This document shows, one piece after another, positions 37,291 to 47,808 of a stretch of 64,000 nucleotides of DNA (its first letter is position 1; every line of letters begins with the position of its first letter). This DNA is from Escherichia coli (GTDB taxonomy: Bacteria; Pseudomonadota; Gammaproteobacteria; Enterobacterales; Enterobacteriaceae). The stretch lies in NCBI RefSeq assembly GCF_001677475.2, contig NZ_CP015229.1. One strand, given 5' to 3'. The translations under genes and the position numbers were made by a program. A model generated the notes under the pieces. It saw only the letters and a list, made by a program, of their open reading frames with translations. It did no database searches and had not been told where the DNA came from.

Positions 37291-37880
37291 TCATTCGTGA
37301 CGAAAACTATTTTACTGATAAATATGAATTAACCCGTACACACTCTGAAGTACTGGAAGCGGTGAAAGTGGTTAAACCGGGTAAAACGCTGGATCTGGGC
37401 TGTGGCAATGGTCGTAACAGTCTTTACCTGGCAGCCAATGGTTATGATGTTGACGCATGGGATAAAAATGCCATGAGTATCGCCAACGTCGAGCGCATTA
37501 AATCCATTGAAAATCTGGATAATTTACACACCCGGGTCGTTGATCTGAATAACCTCACATTTGATGGACAGTACGATTTTATTCTTTCGACTGTGGTGCT
37601 GATGTTCCTTGAGGCTAAAACCATCCCAGGGCTGATTGCCAATATGCAACGTTGCACGAAACCTGGCGGTTACAACCTGATTGTGGCGGCGATGGATACC
37701 GCCGATTATCCATGTACCGTCGGCTTCCCGTTTGCCTTCAAAGAGGGAGAATTACGTCGATATTACGAAGGCTGGGAGAGGGTGAAATACAATGAAGACG
37801 TCGGCGAGCTGCACCGCACCGACGCCAACGGTAATCGTATTAAACTGCGTTTCGCCACGATGCTGGCACGTAAAAAATGA
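37287..37880 (+). CDS. tehB: Tellurite methyltransferase TehB (SAM-dependent)
   Basis: Track ORF, 197 aa; methyltransferase motif [11 protein letters not shown]; overlaps tehA stop. Confidence 0.9.
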   Translation: MIIRDENYFTDKYELTRTHSEVLEAVKVVKPGKTLDLGCGNGRNSLYLAANGYDVDAWDKNAMSIANVERIKSIENLDNLHTRVVDLNNLTFDGQYDFILSTVVLMFLEAKTIPGLIANMQRCTKPGGYNLIVAAMDTADYPCTVGFPFAFKEGELRRYYEGWERVKYNEDVGELHRTDANGNRIKLRFATMLARKK

Positions 37881-38182
37881 TCCGGTAAGAACAAAGCGCG
37901 TGAAAATTCCCCACGCTGAGATGGTTTACTGTTCTTCTTTTCGGTAAGCATATTTTTTATTGAAGGGATGTGAAATTAATCACAGTAGTCGAAGTTTTTT
38001 AGCAGCTTAACATACTGAAATTTAACTACTGATGATTGACTTAGCCCCTTTTTCGGCATTGACTATATCGTCTGAAAAGGGGCTAAAAAATTTATTTTCA
38101 CCAACACTTTTTTTGCCACAACACGAAGCGGCGCTTTTTGCTATAACTTAAAAAGTAATATAATCATCTCAGGAAACTATTC

Positions 38183-38851
38183 ATGCGTACCACATCATTT
38201 GCGAAAGTTGCAGCTTTATGCGGCTTGTTGGCTCTGTCTGGTTGTGCCTCTAAAATCACCCAGCCAGATAAATATTCTGGTTTTTTAAACAATTACTCTG
38301 ATTTAAAAGAAACAACCTCAGCAACAGGTAAACCTGTTTTACGTTGGGTAGACCCGAGTTTTGATCAAAGCAAATATGACAGCATTGTCTGGAACCCAAT
38401 CACTTATTATCCGGTACCAAAACCTTCTACCCAGGTAGGGCAGAAAGTTCTGGATAAAATTTTGAACTATACAAACACCGAAATGAAAGAAGCGATAGCG
38501 CAGCGTAAACCACTGGTTACCACCGCTGGGCCGCGTAGTCTGATTTTCCGTGGGGCCATTACCGGTGTAGATACCAGCAAAGAAGGGCTGCAATTCTATG
38601 AAGTGGTTCCTGTTGCATTAGTGGTTGCAGGGACGCAAATGGCTACAGGCCACCGTACCATGGATACTCGCCTCTATTTTGAAGGTGAACTGATTGATGC
38701 AGCGACGAATAAACCGGTTATCAAAGTCGTTCGTCAGGGCGAAGGTAAAGACCTGAATAACGAAAGTACGCCAATGGCTTTCGAAAATATTAAACAAGTT
38801 ATTGATGACATGGCGACCGATGCCACCATGTTTGACGTTAACAAAAAGTAG
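38183..38851 (+). CDS. ydcL: Lipoprotein YdcL
   Basis: Track ORF, 222 aa; lipobox LALSG-C. Confidence 0.85.
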   Translation: MRTTSFAKVAALCGLLALSGCASKITQPDKYSGFLNNYSDLKETTSATGKPVLRWVDPSFDQSKYDSIVWNPITYYPVPKPSTQVGQKVLDKILNYTNTEMKEAIAQRKPLVTTAGPRSLIFRGAITGVDTSKEGLQFYEVVPVALVVAGTQMATGHRTMDTRLYFEGELIDAATNKPVIKVVRQGEGKDLNNESTPMAFENIKQVIDDMATDATMFDVNKK

Positions 38852-38859
38852 TTCCAGAC

Positions 38860-38887
38860 GCGCCGTCGTTAGATGGCGCTTTTTATT
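38860..38887. terminator. Bidirectional terminator between convergent ydcL and ydcO
   Basis: 8-bp stem GCGCCGTC/GATGGCGC (one G-U pair) then T-run. Confidence 0.55.
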
Positions 38888-40058
38888 ATCGGTTTCTGTC
38901 AGCGATTAAATTCAACACCACGTAACAAACGCCTCCGGCAATTAAACCCCAAAACGCAGAACCAATCCCGACCAGTGTCAATCCACTTGCCGTTACCAGA
39001 AATGCCACCACCGCCGCGTCGCGCTCACGCTCATTATGCAGCGCCTGATACAAACTGCCGCCAATGGTACTTAACAGCGCCAGACCTGCCAGCATCTGGA
39101 TCCAACTTACGGGCAGGGCAGCCATCATCCCGGTAATGGCACTACCAAACAGACCTGCGAGCAAATAGAAAATGCCGGCAACGGCAGCTGCCAGCCAACG
39201 TTGATCTTTATCCGGATGCGCTTCCGGGCTTTGGCAAATAGCCGCGGTGATTGCCGCAATACCGACGGAATAAACGCCGAAAGGGGAAAAAACCAGTGCC
39301 AGCAATCCAGTAAATACAATTAATGGCGAAACAGGAGCTGAATATCCGGCTGCTTTCATTGCTGCGATACCCGGTGCGTTTTGCGATGCCATCGTCACCA
39401 GAAAAAGGGGGAGTGCAACGCTCAGGCTGTGAGCAAACGAAAAATCAGGGGTAATATAAGTGGGGAGAACGGGTTTAAAGACAATATCAGTTGTGACAAC
39501 GTCACCTTGCGCGATAACGATCACGATCCCAATAATCATCGCGGCAATTACCGCATAGCGCGGCGCAACGGCCCTGGTTGCCAGCCATACCAGCAACATA
39601 CTGCCACACAACGTAAATTGACCATCCAGACTGGCAAACGCCTGTAAACCAAAGCGTAATAAAATCCCGGCAAGCATTGCCGCCGCAAGCGAGTGTGGAA
39701 TAATGCGCATCAGACGAGCAAAGAGTCCCGTTATGCCGCAGAGGACTATTAACGCGTTGGTGACAATAAAAACGCCGATGGCTTCGTTAAGTGTTAGTCC
39801 CTGCAATCCGGTGACCAACAAAGCCGCGCCAGGCGTTGACCATGCGGTGAGAACAGGTACGCGATACCATAATGTCAGAGTCAGCGTACTGACGCCCATT
39901 GCCAGCCCCAGCGCCGTCATCCAGCCAGAGATTTGTGCAGTGGTGGCTCCGGCGACAATCGCTGCTTGCCAGATTATTGCCGCTGAACTGGCGTAGCCAA
40001 TTAATACCGCCAGAAACCCCGCCAGTAGCGTGGGTGGAGGAATAGAAAACAGACGCAT
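38886..40058 (-). CDS. ydcO: BenE-family inner-membrane transporter YdcO
   Basis: Start at ATG 40058 (MRLFSIPPPTLLAGF) inside track ORF 38886..40319; about 390 aa; highly hydrophobic. Confidence 0.8.
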   Translation of the reverse strand: MRLFSIPPPTLLAGFLAVLIGYASSAAIIWQAAIVAGATTAQISGWMTALGLAMGVSTLTLTLWYRVPVLTAWSTPGAALLVTGLQGLTLNEAIGVFIVTNALIVLCGITGLFARLMRIIPHSLAAAMLAGILLRFGLQAFASLDGQFTLCGSMLLVWLATRAVAPRYAVIAAMIIGIVIVIAQGDVVTTDIVFKPVLPTYITPDFSFAHSLSVALPLFLVTMASQNAPGIAAMKAAGYSAPVSPLIVFTGLLALVFSPFGVYSVGIAAITAAICQSPEAHPDKDQRWLAAAVAGIFYLLAGLFGSAITGMMAALPVSWIQMLAGLALLSTIGGSLYQALHNERERDAAVVAFLVTASGLTLVGIGSAFWGLIAGGVCYVVLNLIADRNR

Positions 40059-40149
40059 AGTCACCTCGTGCGTTATAACGTACAGGTACCGTAGCATTTG
40101 TCCGTTATAACGCACAAGTGATAAACTTCCGTTTTGCCGGAGGAGTCGC

Positions 40150-40686
40150 ATGGAAAATCTCGCTCGCTTTTTATCCACCACACTTAAACAACTACGCCAG
40201 CAGCGCGGCTGGAGTCTTTCGCGATTGGCAGAAGCGACGGGCGTTTCTAAAGCGATGTTAGGGCAGATTGAGCGTAATGAATCCAGCCCGACGGTCGCGA
40301 CATTATGGAAAATTGCCACCGGGTTGAATGTGCCATTTTCGACATTTATTTCTCCGCCGCAGTCCGCAACGCCTTCAGTTTATGATCCACAACAGCAGGC
40401 GATGGTGATCACTTCGCTGTTTCCTTATGATCCACAACTCTGCTTTGAACACTTCTCGATTCAGATGGCATCTGGTGCAATAAGCGAATCGACGCCCCAT
40501 GAGAAGGGGGTAATCGAACATGTCGTCGTCATTGATGGACAACTTGATCTGTGCGTTGATGGTGAATGGCAGAGCCTTAATTGTGGGGAAGGCGCTCGAT
40601 TTGCTGCAGACGCCACGCATGTCTATCGTAATCGTGGGGAGCAAATCGTACATTTTCATTCCCTCATCCATTACCCGCGCAGTTAA
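40150..40686 (+). CDS. ydcN: XRE-family HTH regulator with C-terminal cupin domain
   Basis: Track ORF, 178 aa; HTH region LSRLAEATGVSKAMLGQIERNE; divergent from ydcO. Confidence 0.85.
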   Translation: MENLARFLSTTLKQLRQQRGWSLSRLAEATGVSKAMLGQIERNESSPTVATLWKIATGLNVPFSTFISPPQSATPSVYDPQQQAMVITSLFPYDPQLCFEHFSIQMASGAISESTPHEKGVIEHVVVIDGQLDLCVDGEWQSLNCGEGARFAADATHVYRNRGEQIVHFHSLIHYPRS

Positions 40687-40758
40687 GCGGGAAAACTATT
40701 TCGCAACGTCGCGCTTGTGGCTAAAATAGCCGCCATTTTTCAGCTACTGGATAAGAAT

Positions 40759-42720
40759 GTGACCGTATCTTCTCATCGACTTGAACTGTTAAGCCCGGCA
40801 CGCGATGCCGCCATTGCCCGCGAAGCTATTTTGCACGGTGCCGATGCTGTTTATATCGGCGGCCCTGGTTTTGGTGCCCGTCATAATGCCAGTAATAGCC
40901 TGAAAGATATTGCCGAGCTGGTGCCGTTTGCCCATCGTTATGGTGCAAAAATTTTCGTCACGCTTAACACCATTCTGCATGATGATGAGCTTGAACCCGC
41001 GCAACGGCTGATTACCGACCTCTACCAGACCGGCGTCGATGCGCTGATTGTTCAGGATATGGGGATTCTGGAACTTGATATTCCGCCGATTGAACTGCAC
41101 GCCAGTACGCAGTGCGACATTCGCACGGTAGAGAAAGCGAAGTTCCTTTCTGATGTTGGCTTCACGCAGATTGTGCTGGCACGAGAGCTGAATCTTGAGC
41201 AGATCCGCGCGATTCACCAGGCCACGGACGCGACCATTGAATTCTTTATTCATGGCGCACTGTGCGTGGCCTATTCGGGTCAGTGCTACATTTCTCATGC
41301 GCAAACAGGGCGTAGCGCCAACCGTGGCGATTGCTCGCAGGCGTGCCGTTTGCCATACACATTGAAAGACGATCAGGGGCGGGTGGTTTCCTATGAAAAA
41401 CATCTGCTGTCGATGAAAGATAACGATCAGACTGCCAACCTCGGCGCGCTGATTGATGCTGGCGTACGCTCCTTCAAGATTGAAGGGCGTTACAAAGATA
41501 TGAGCTACGTGAAGAATATCACCGCCCATTATCGCCAGATGCTGGATGCCATTATTGAAGAACGTAGCGATTTGGCGCGAGCTTCATCCGGTCGTACTGA
41601 GCACTTCTTCGTACCGTCGACGGAAAAAACCTTCCATCGTGGCAGCACCGACTACTTTGTTAACGCGCGTAAAGGCGATATTGGCGCATTCGATTCACCG
41701 AAATTTATCGGCCTGCCGGTGGGTGAAGTATTGAAAGTGGCGAAAGATCATCTTGATGTTGAGGTTACCGAACCGCTGGCTAACGGCGATGGACTGAACG
41801 TAATGATTAAGCGTGAAGTCGTCGGCTTTCGTGCCAACACGGTAGAGAAAACTGGGGAAAATCAGTACCGCGTCTGGCCAAATGAGATGCCAGTGGAGCT
41901 GCACAAAATTCGCCCGCACCATCCGCTTAATCGCAACCTCGACCATAACTGGCAGCAGGCGTTGACCAAAACCTCCAGCGAACGTCGGGTGGCGGTAGAC
42001 ATTGAACTGGGCGGCTGGCAGGAACAACTGATTCTGACTCTGACCAGCGAAGAGGGCGTCAGTATCACTCATACGCTGGACGGGCAGTTCGACGAAGCGA
42101 ATAACGCCGAAAAAGCACTCCTCAATCTGAAAGAGGGATTGTCGAAGCTTGGGCAAACCCTCTATTACGCCCGCGATGTGCAAATTAATTTGCCGGGGGC
42201 GCTGTTTGTACCAAACAGTCTGTTAAACCAGTTCCGCCGTGAAGCTGCCGACATGCTGGATGCTGCACGTCTTGCCAGTTACCAGCGGGGCAGCCGTAAA
42301 CCGGTTGCTGATCCTGCGCCGGTTTATCCGCAAACGCATCTGAGTTTCCTCGCGAACGTATACAACCAGAAAGCGCGTGAATTTTATCATCGCTATGGTG
42401 TGCAGCTGATTGACGCGGCGTATGAGGCACATGAAGAGAAGGGCGAAGTCCCGGTGATGATCACCAAGCATTGTCTGCGCTTTGCCTTTAATCTGTGCCC
42501 GAAACAGGCGAAAGGCAATATCAAAAGCTGGAAGGCGACGCCAATGCAACTGGTTAACGGCGATGAAGTGTTAACGCTGAAATTTGATTGCCGCCCATGC
42601 GAGATGCACGTCATTGGCAAAATCAAAAATCACATACTGAAAATGCCGTTACCGGGAAGCGTAGTGGCATCCGTAAGTCCGGATGAGCTGCTGAAAACAT
42701 TGCCGAAGCGAAAAGGGTAA
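40759..42720 (+). CDS. rlhA: Peptidase U32-family protein (YdcP/RlhA)
   Basis: Track ORF 40717..42720; start placed at GTG 40759 to match remembered 653 aa (ATG 40717 is the alternative); Cys-rich C-terminus. Confidence 0.8.
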   Translation: MTVSSHRLELLSPARDAAIAREAILHGADAVYIGGPGFGARHNASNSLKDIAELVPFAHRYGAKIFVTLNTILHDDELEPAQRLITDLYQTGVDALIVQDMGILELDIPPIELHASTQCDIRTVEKAKFLSDVGFTQIVLARELNLEQIRAIHQATDATIEFFIHGALCVAYSGQCYISHAQTGRSANRGDCSQACRLPYTLKDDQGRVVSYEKHLLSMKDNDQTANLGALIDAGVRSFKIEGRYKDMSYVKNITAHYRQMLDAIIEERSDLARASSGRTEHFFVPSTEKTFHRGSTDYFVNARKGDIGAFDSPKFIGLPVGEVLKVAKDHLDVEVTEPLANGDGLNVMIKREVVGFRANTVEKTGENQYRVWPNEMPVELHKIRPHHPLNRNLDHNWQQALTKTSSERRVAVDIELGGWQEQLILTLTSEEGVSITHTLDGQFDEANNAEKALLNLKEGLSKLGQTLYYARDVQINLPGALFVPNSLLNQFRREAADMLDAARLASYQRGSRKPVADPAPVYPQTHLSFLANVYNQKAREFYHRYGVQLIDAAYEAHEEKGEVPVMITKHCLRFAFNLCPKQAKGNIKSWKATPMQLVNGDEVLTLKFDCRPCEMHVIGKIKNHILKMPLPGSVVASVSPDELLKTLPKRKG

Positions 42721-42768
42721 AACGCCAGTTTTCTGGTTACTCACCACTCATTGAATCTGCATGATATT

Positions 42769-42804
42769 GCCTGCCGGGTAAGGCGTCATGCCGCATCCGG
42801 CATC
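42769..42804. repeat. REP (repetitive extragenic palindromic) element
   Basis: Reverse complement GCCGGATGCGGCATGACGCCTTACCCGGCAGG resembles the remembered REP consensus; between ydcP and yncJ. Confidence 0.6.
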
Positions 42805-42811
42805 AAACGAC

Positions 42812-43042
42812 TCAACGTTGTCCTGCTTCTGGTTTGCGCGATTTTTGCCAGTAAAAATGCTCGCGCAAACCTTCCGCCGACTCTTCCGCCACAGCACGCA
42901 ATTCATCGCTGTCCGCTTCATGACGTAGCTGATGATCCACATTCTTTACCCACATAAATTCATGTCCTTTGTGCCCTGCCATGAGTTGTCCTGAGAACAG
43001 CGCACACGTTAATAAGACAACCGATAACGCCTTCGTAAACAT
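42812..43042 (-). CDS. yncJ: Small secreted protein YncJ (DUF2554)
   Basis: Track ORF, 76 aa; N-terminal signal peptide. Confidence 0.8.
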   Translation of the reverse strand: MFTKALSVVLLTCALFSGQLMAGHKGHEFMWVKNVDHQLRHEADSDELRAVAEESAEGLREHFYWQKSRKPEAGQR

Positions 43043-43263
43043 CCCGCCACCTTTTTCTCACCTTTTGCCGCTATGATGCCGATCGTTTCTTGAGGTTCTT
43101 ATTCAGTTTTGCAAATTAGCGCAAAGAAATTCTGGAATCTTCCTTCCTGATTTTGCATTGCATTCTGCCGTTGCGGCGATTAAGTGCTATTTTCGAGCAA
43201 ATTACACACGGAGGTAAACACTAATGTTTACTTTGTTGATATACTCAGCGGCAGGGAGGCGAT

Positions 43264-43440
43264 GTGAAACAAAGCGAGTTCAGACGTTGGCTCGAATCTC
43301 AGGGCGTCGATGTAGCGAATGGCAGCAACCATTTAAAACTAAGGTTTCACGGGAGGCGCAGTGTCATGCCGCGTCACCCCAGCGAAGAGATTAAAGAATC
43401 ATTGCGTCAAGCCATTCTGAAACTACTCAGTTTGAGTTAA
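43264..43440 (+). CDS. hicA: Type II toxin HicA (mRNA interferase), 58 aa
   Basis: Not in ORF track; GTG start 43264, hand-translated (M)KQSEFRRWLESQGVDVANGSNHLKLRFHGRRSVMPRHPSEEIKESLRQAILKLLSLS. Confidence 0.8.
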   Translation: MKQSEFRRWLESQGVDVANGSNHLKLRFHGRRSVMPRHPSEEIKESLRQAILKLLSLS

Positions 43441-43464
43441 TCGCCCATTAAAAAGGTTAATGAC

Positions 43465-43902
<438 letters not shown>

Positions 43903-43980
43903 TAACAGTTAATGAAAAGTTGTCATTTTTAACAACTGATATAGACTGCCGAATCACCTGCACATAATAACGATTCGATA

Positions 43981-45387
43981 ATGAAAAAATACCAGCAGCT
44001 TGCAGAACAATTACGCGAGCAGATTGCGTCGGGTATCTGGCAACCCGGCGATCGTTTGCCTTCGTTGCGTGACCAGGTGGCGCTTTCTGGCATGAGCTTT
44101 ATGACTGTCAGCCATGCCTATCAGTTGCTCGAAAGTCAGGGATATATTATCGCGCGACCGCAGTCGGGTTATTACGTTGCGCCACAGGCAATAAAAATGC
44201 CGAAAGCGCCAGTCATTCCAGTCACTCGAGATGAAGCAGTCGATATCAACACCTATATTTTTGATATGTTGCAGGCCAGTCGCGATCCGTCGGTCGTTCC
44301 GTTTGCCTCGGCCTTTCCCGACCCGCGACTTTTCCCCCTCCAACAACTCAACCGCTCGCTGGCGCAGGTAAGCAAAACCGCCACGGCGATGAGCGTGATT
44401 GAAAATTTACCGCCAGGAAACGCAGAACTGCGTCAGGCTATTGCTCGTCGCTATGCCTTACAGGGCATCACTATTTCTCCTGATGAAATTGTCATTACCG
44501 CCGGGGCGTTAGAGGCATTAAACCTCAGTTTACAAGCGGTAACGGAACCAGGCGATTGGGTGATAGTAGAGAATCCTTGTTTCTACGGCGCGTTGCAGGC
44601 GCTGGAGCGGTTACGGCTGAAGGCGTTATCGGTGGCGACGGACGTTAACGAAGGGATTGATCTCAAGGCGCTGGAACTGGCGTTGCAGGAGTATCCGGTG
44701 AAAGCGTGCTGGCTGATGACTAATAGCCAGAATCCACTCGGATTTACCTTGACGCCGCAGAAAAAAGCGAGGCTGGTAGCGTTGCTCAATCAGTACAACG
44801 TAACGCTGATTGAAGATGATGTTTACAGCGAACTTTATTTTGGACGGGAAAAACCGCTGCCTGCGAAAGCGTGGGATCGCCACGATGGCGTTTTGCATTG
44901 CTCTTCGTTTTCGAAATGTCTGGTGCCTGGTTTTCGTATTGGTTGGGTCGCCGCCGGAAAACATGCACGTAAAATTCAACGCTTGCAGTTGATGAGTACG
45001 CTTTCCACCAGCTCACCGATGCAGCTTGCGCTGGTGGATTACCTTTCCACGCGCCGATACGACGCCCATCTTCGTCGCCTGCGTCGCCAGCTTGCGGAAC
45101 GTAAACAACGTGCCTGGCAGGCACTGCTGCGTTATCTGCCTGCGGAAGTTAAAATTCATCATAATGACAGCGGTTATTTTCTCTGGCTGGAGCTCCCCGA
45201 GCCGTTAGATGCCGGCGAATTAAGCCTGGCGGCACTGACGCATCATATCAGTATTGCGCCGGGTAAAATGTTTTCTACCGGTGAAAACTGGTCACGTTTT
45301 TTTCGTTTTAATACCGCGTGGCAGTGGGGAGAACGTGAAGAACAGGCGGTAAAACAATTAGGCAAACTTATTCAAGAACGGCTGTAA
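43981..45387 (+). CDS. ydcR: MocR-type regulator (GntR HTH fused to PLP-aminotransferase-like domain)
   Basis: Track ORF, 468 aa; N-terminal HTH then aminotransferase fold. Confidence 0.85.
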   Translation: MKKYQQLAEQLREQIASGIWQPGDRLPSLRDQVALSGMSFMTVSHAYQLLESQGYIIARPQSGYYVAPQAIKMPKAPVIPVTRDEAVDINTYIFDMLQASRDPSVVPFASAFPDPRLFPLQQLNRSLAQVSKTATAMSVIENLPPGNAELRQAIARRYALQGITISPDEIVITAGALEALNLSLQAVTEPGDWVIVENPCFYGALQALERLRLKALSVATDVNEGIDLKALELALQEYPVKACWLMTNSQNPLGFTLTPQKKARLVALLNQYNVTLIEDDVYSELYFGREKPLPAKAWDRHDGVLHCSSFSKCLVPGFRIGWVAAGKHARKIQRLQLMSTLSTSSPMQLALVDYLSTRRYDAHLRRLRRQLAERKQRAWQALLRYLPAEVKIHHNDSGYFLWLELPEPLDAGELSLAALTHHISIAPGKMFSTGENWSRFFRFNTAWQWGEREEQAVKQLGKLIQERL

Positions 45388-45631
45388 TAGCGTTTAATTT
45401 AATTCCTCTTAGATTAGGTAATATGAATTTCGAATAGCAGTCATATTTCCTAACTCCTTGTCTATACTCCAGAAGATAACCTTACAGACGGCATAATGCG
45501 CGGTAGCTCACAACCTGATTAAATTTTCTCAGGGGCGAAGGTGTGCCTGCTAGCCGCCGTCTATGGTTAAACAAGGAGATATTTTTACGGCACGGCGGCT
45601 GAACAATTAATTACGACAGGAGTAAGACTTT

Positions 45632-46777
45632 ATGAGCAAGACATTTGCCCGCAGCAGCCTGTGTGCGCTCACCATGACAATAATGACCGCTCACGCCGCC
45701 GAACCGCCTACCAATTTAGATAAACCGGAAGGGCGACTGGATATTATCGCCTGGCCGGGATACATCGAACGCGGACAAACTGATAAACAATACGACTGGG
45801 TAACGCAGTTCGAAAAAGAGACAGGCTGCGCGGTGAATGTTAAAACCGCCGCGACTTCCGATGAAATGGTCAGTCTGATGGCCAAAGGGGGTTACGATCT
45901 GGTTACGGCATCCGGCGATGCCTCGCTGCGTTTGATTATGGGCAAACGCGTGCAGCCGATTAATACCGCCTTGATTCCCAACTGGAAAACGCTCGATCCG
46001 CGCGTGGTTAAAGGCGACTGGTTTAACGTTGGCGGCAAAGTTTACGGCACACCTTACCAATGGGGGCCGAACCTGCTGATGTACAACACTAAAACCTTCC
46101 CGACGCCGCCGGATAGCTGGCAAGTGGTTTTTGTTGAGCAAAATCTGCAGGACGGCAAGAGCAATAAAGGCCGCGTTCAGGCTTATGATGGCCCTATCTA
46201 CATTGCGGACGCTGCGTTGTTCGTTAAAGCCACTCAGCCGCAGTTGGGCATCAGCGATCCGTATCAACTCACCGAAGAACAGTATCAGGCGGTGCTGAAA
46301 GTGCTGCGCGATCAACATAGTTTGATCCATCGCTACTGGCATGACACTACCGTGCAAATGAGCGATTTCAAAAACGAGGGTGTGGTCGCTTCCAGTGCCT
46401 GGCCCTATCAGGCCAACGCCTTGAAAGCCGAAGGTCAGCCTGTCGCTACCGTTTTCCCGAAGGAGGGCGTTACCGGTTGGGCTGACACCACTATGCTACA
46501 TAGCGAAGCGAAACATCCGATTTGCGCCTACAAATGGATGAACTGGTCATTAACGCCAAAAGTGCAGGGCGATGTGGCGGCCTGGTTTGGTTCGTTACCA
46601 GTCGTGCCGGAAGGGTGTAAAGCCAGTTCGTTATTAGGCGAGAAAGGTTGTGAAACAAACGGTTTTAACTATTTCGATAAAATAGCCTTCTGGAAAACGC
46701 CTATAGCAGAAGGGGGCAAGTTTGTTCCCTACAGTCGCTGGACGCAGGATTACATTGCCATTATGGGCGGTCGCTAA
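45632..46777 (+). CDS. ydcS: ABC transporter periplasmic substrate-binding protein (polyamine-type)
   Basis: Track ORF, 381 aa; signal peptide; first gene of ydcSTUV. Confidence 0.85.
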   Translation: MSKTFARSSLCALTMTIMTAHAAEPPTNLDKPEGRLDIIAWPGYIERGQTDKQYDWVTQFEKETGCAVNVKTAATSDEMVSLMAKGGYDLVTASGDASLRLIMGKRVQPINTALIPNWKTLDPRVVKGDWFNVGGKVYGTPYQWGPNLLMYNTKTFPTPPDSWQVVFVEQNLQDGKSNKGRVQAYDGPIYIADAALFVKATQPQLGISDPYQLTEEQYQAVLKVLRDQHSLIHRYWHDTTVQMSDFKNEGVVASSAWPYQANALKAEGQPVATVFPKEGVTGWADTTMLHSEAKHPICAYKWMNWSLTPKVQGDVAAWFGSLPVVPEGCKASSLLGEKGCETNGFNYFDKIAFWKTPIAEGGKFVPYSRWTQDYIAIMGGR

Positions 46778-46794
46778 CTTCGCTGGGGTGCTTT

Positions 46795-47808
46795 ATGACG
46801 TACGCAGTGGAGTTTGACAACGTCTCGCGGTTGTACGGTGACGTGCGCGCAGTAGATGGCGTCAGTATTGCGATAAAAGATGGTGAGTTCTTCTCTATGC
46901 TGGGGCCGTCCGGCTCCGGCAAAACCACCTGCCTGCGCCTGATTGCTGGATTCGAACAGCTTTCCGGCGGGGCTATCTCTATCTTTGGTAAACCCGCCAG
47001 CAATCTGCCACCGTGGGAGCGGGATGTTAATACCGTTTTCCAGGACTATGCGCTGTTTCCCCATATGTCGATTCTCGATAACGTGGCCTACGGGTTAATG
47101 GTCAAAGGTGTGGAGAAAAAAAAGCGTTACATCATGGCGCAAGAGGCGCTGGAAAAAGTGGCGCTGGGTTTTGTTCAGCAACGTAAACCGTCACAACTTT
47201 CTGGTGGTCAGCGCCAGCGGGTTGCTATCGCCAGAGCATTAGTAAATGAACCGCGCGTATTATTGCTGGATGAACCACTCGGCGCGCTGGATCTCAAGTT
47301 GCGTGAGCAGATGCAGCTGGAACTGAAAAAGCTGCAACAGTCTCTCGGTATCACTTTTATCTTCGTTACCCACGATCAGGGCGAAGCGTTATCGATGTCC
47401 AATCGTGTGGCGGTTTTCAATAATGGACGCATTGAGCAGGTCGATTCCCCGCGCGATCTCTATATGCGCCCGCGCACGCCGTTTGTTGCCGGGTTCGTTG
47501 GTACATCGAATGTTTTTGATGGACTGATGGCAGAGAAACTTTGTGGCATGACGGGAAGCTTCGCCCTGCGACCGGAACATATCCGCCTCAACACCCCTGG
47601 TGAACTGCAGGCCAATGGCACGATCCAGGCGGTGCAATATCAGGGCGCGGCGACCCGTTTTGAACTGACACTGAGCGGCGGTGAAAAACTGCTGGTTAGT
47701 CAGGCCAATATGACGGGGGAAGAACTCCCCGCTACGCTTACTCCAGGGCAACAAGTGATGGTTTCCTGGGCGCGCGATGTGATGGTGCCACTGGTTGAGG
47801 AGAGGTGA
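46795..47808 (+). CDS. ydcT: ABC transporter ATP-binding protein
   Basis: Track ORF, 337 aa; Walker A GPSGSGKTT, signature LSGGQRQR, Walker B LLLDEP. Confidence 0.9.
   Translation: MTYAVEFDNVSRLYGDVRAVDGVSIAIKDGEFFSMLGPSGSGKTTCLRLIAGFEQLSGGAISIFGKPASNLPPWERDVNTVFQDYALFPHMSILDNVAYGLMVKGVEKKKRYIMAQEALEKVALGFVQQRKPSQLSGGQRQRVAIARALVNEPRVLLLDEPLGALDLKLREQMQLELKKLQQSLGITFIFVTHDQGEALSMSNRVAVFNNGRIEQVDSPRDLYMRPRTPFVAGFVGTSNVFDGLMAEKLCGMTGSFALRPEHIRLNTPGELQANGTIQAVQYQGAATRFELTLSGGEKLLVSQANMTGEELPATLTPGQQVMVSWARDVMVPLVEER

Noticed and set aside
38886-40319. Long N-terminal extensions in the ORF track (ydcO 477 aa; also paaE 875.., paaH 3628.., tehA 36190.., ydcI ..30937, mnaT ..53058, curA 52912.., ansP ..59996)
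   Set aside because: The extensions overlap neighbouring genes or intergenic DNA; internal ATG/GTG starts with RBS give the lengths I remember for these proteins.
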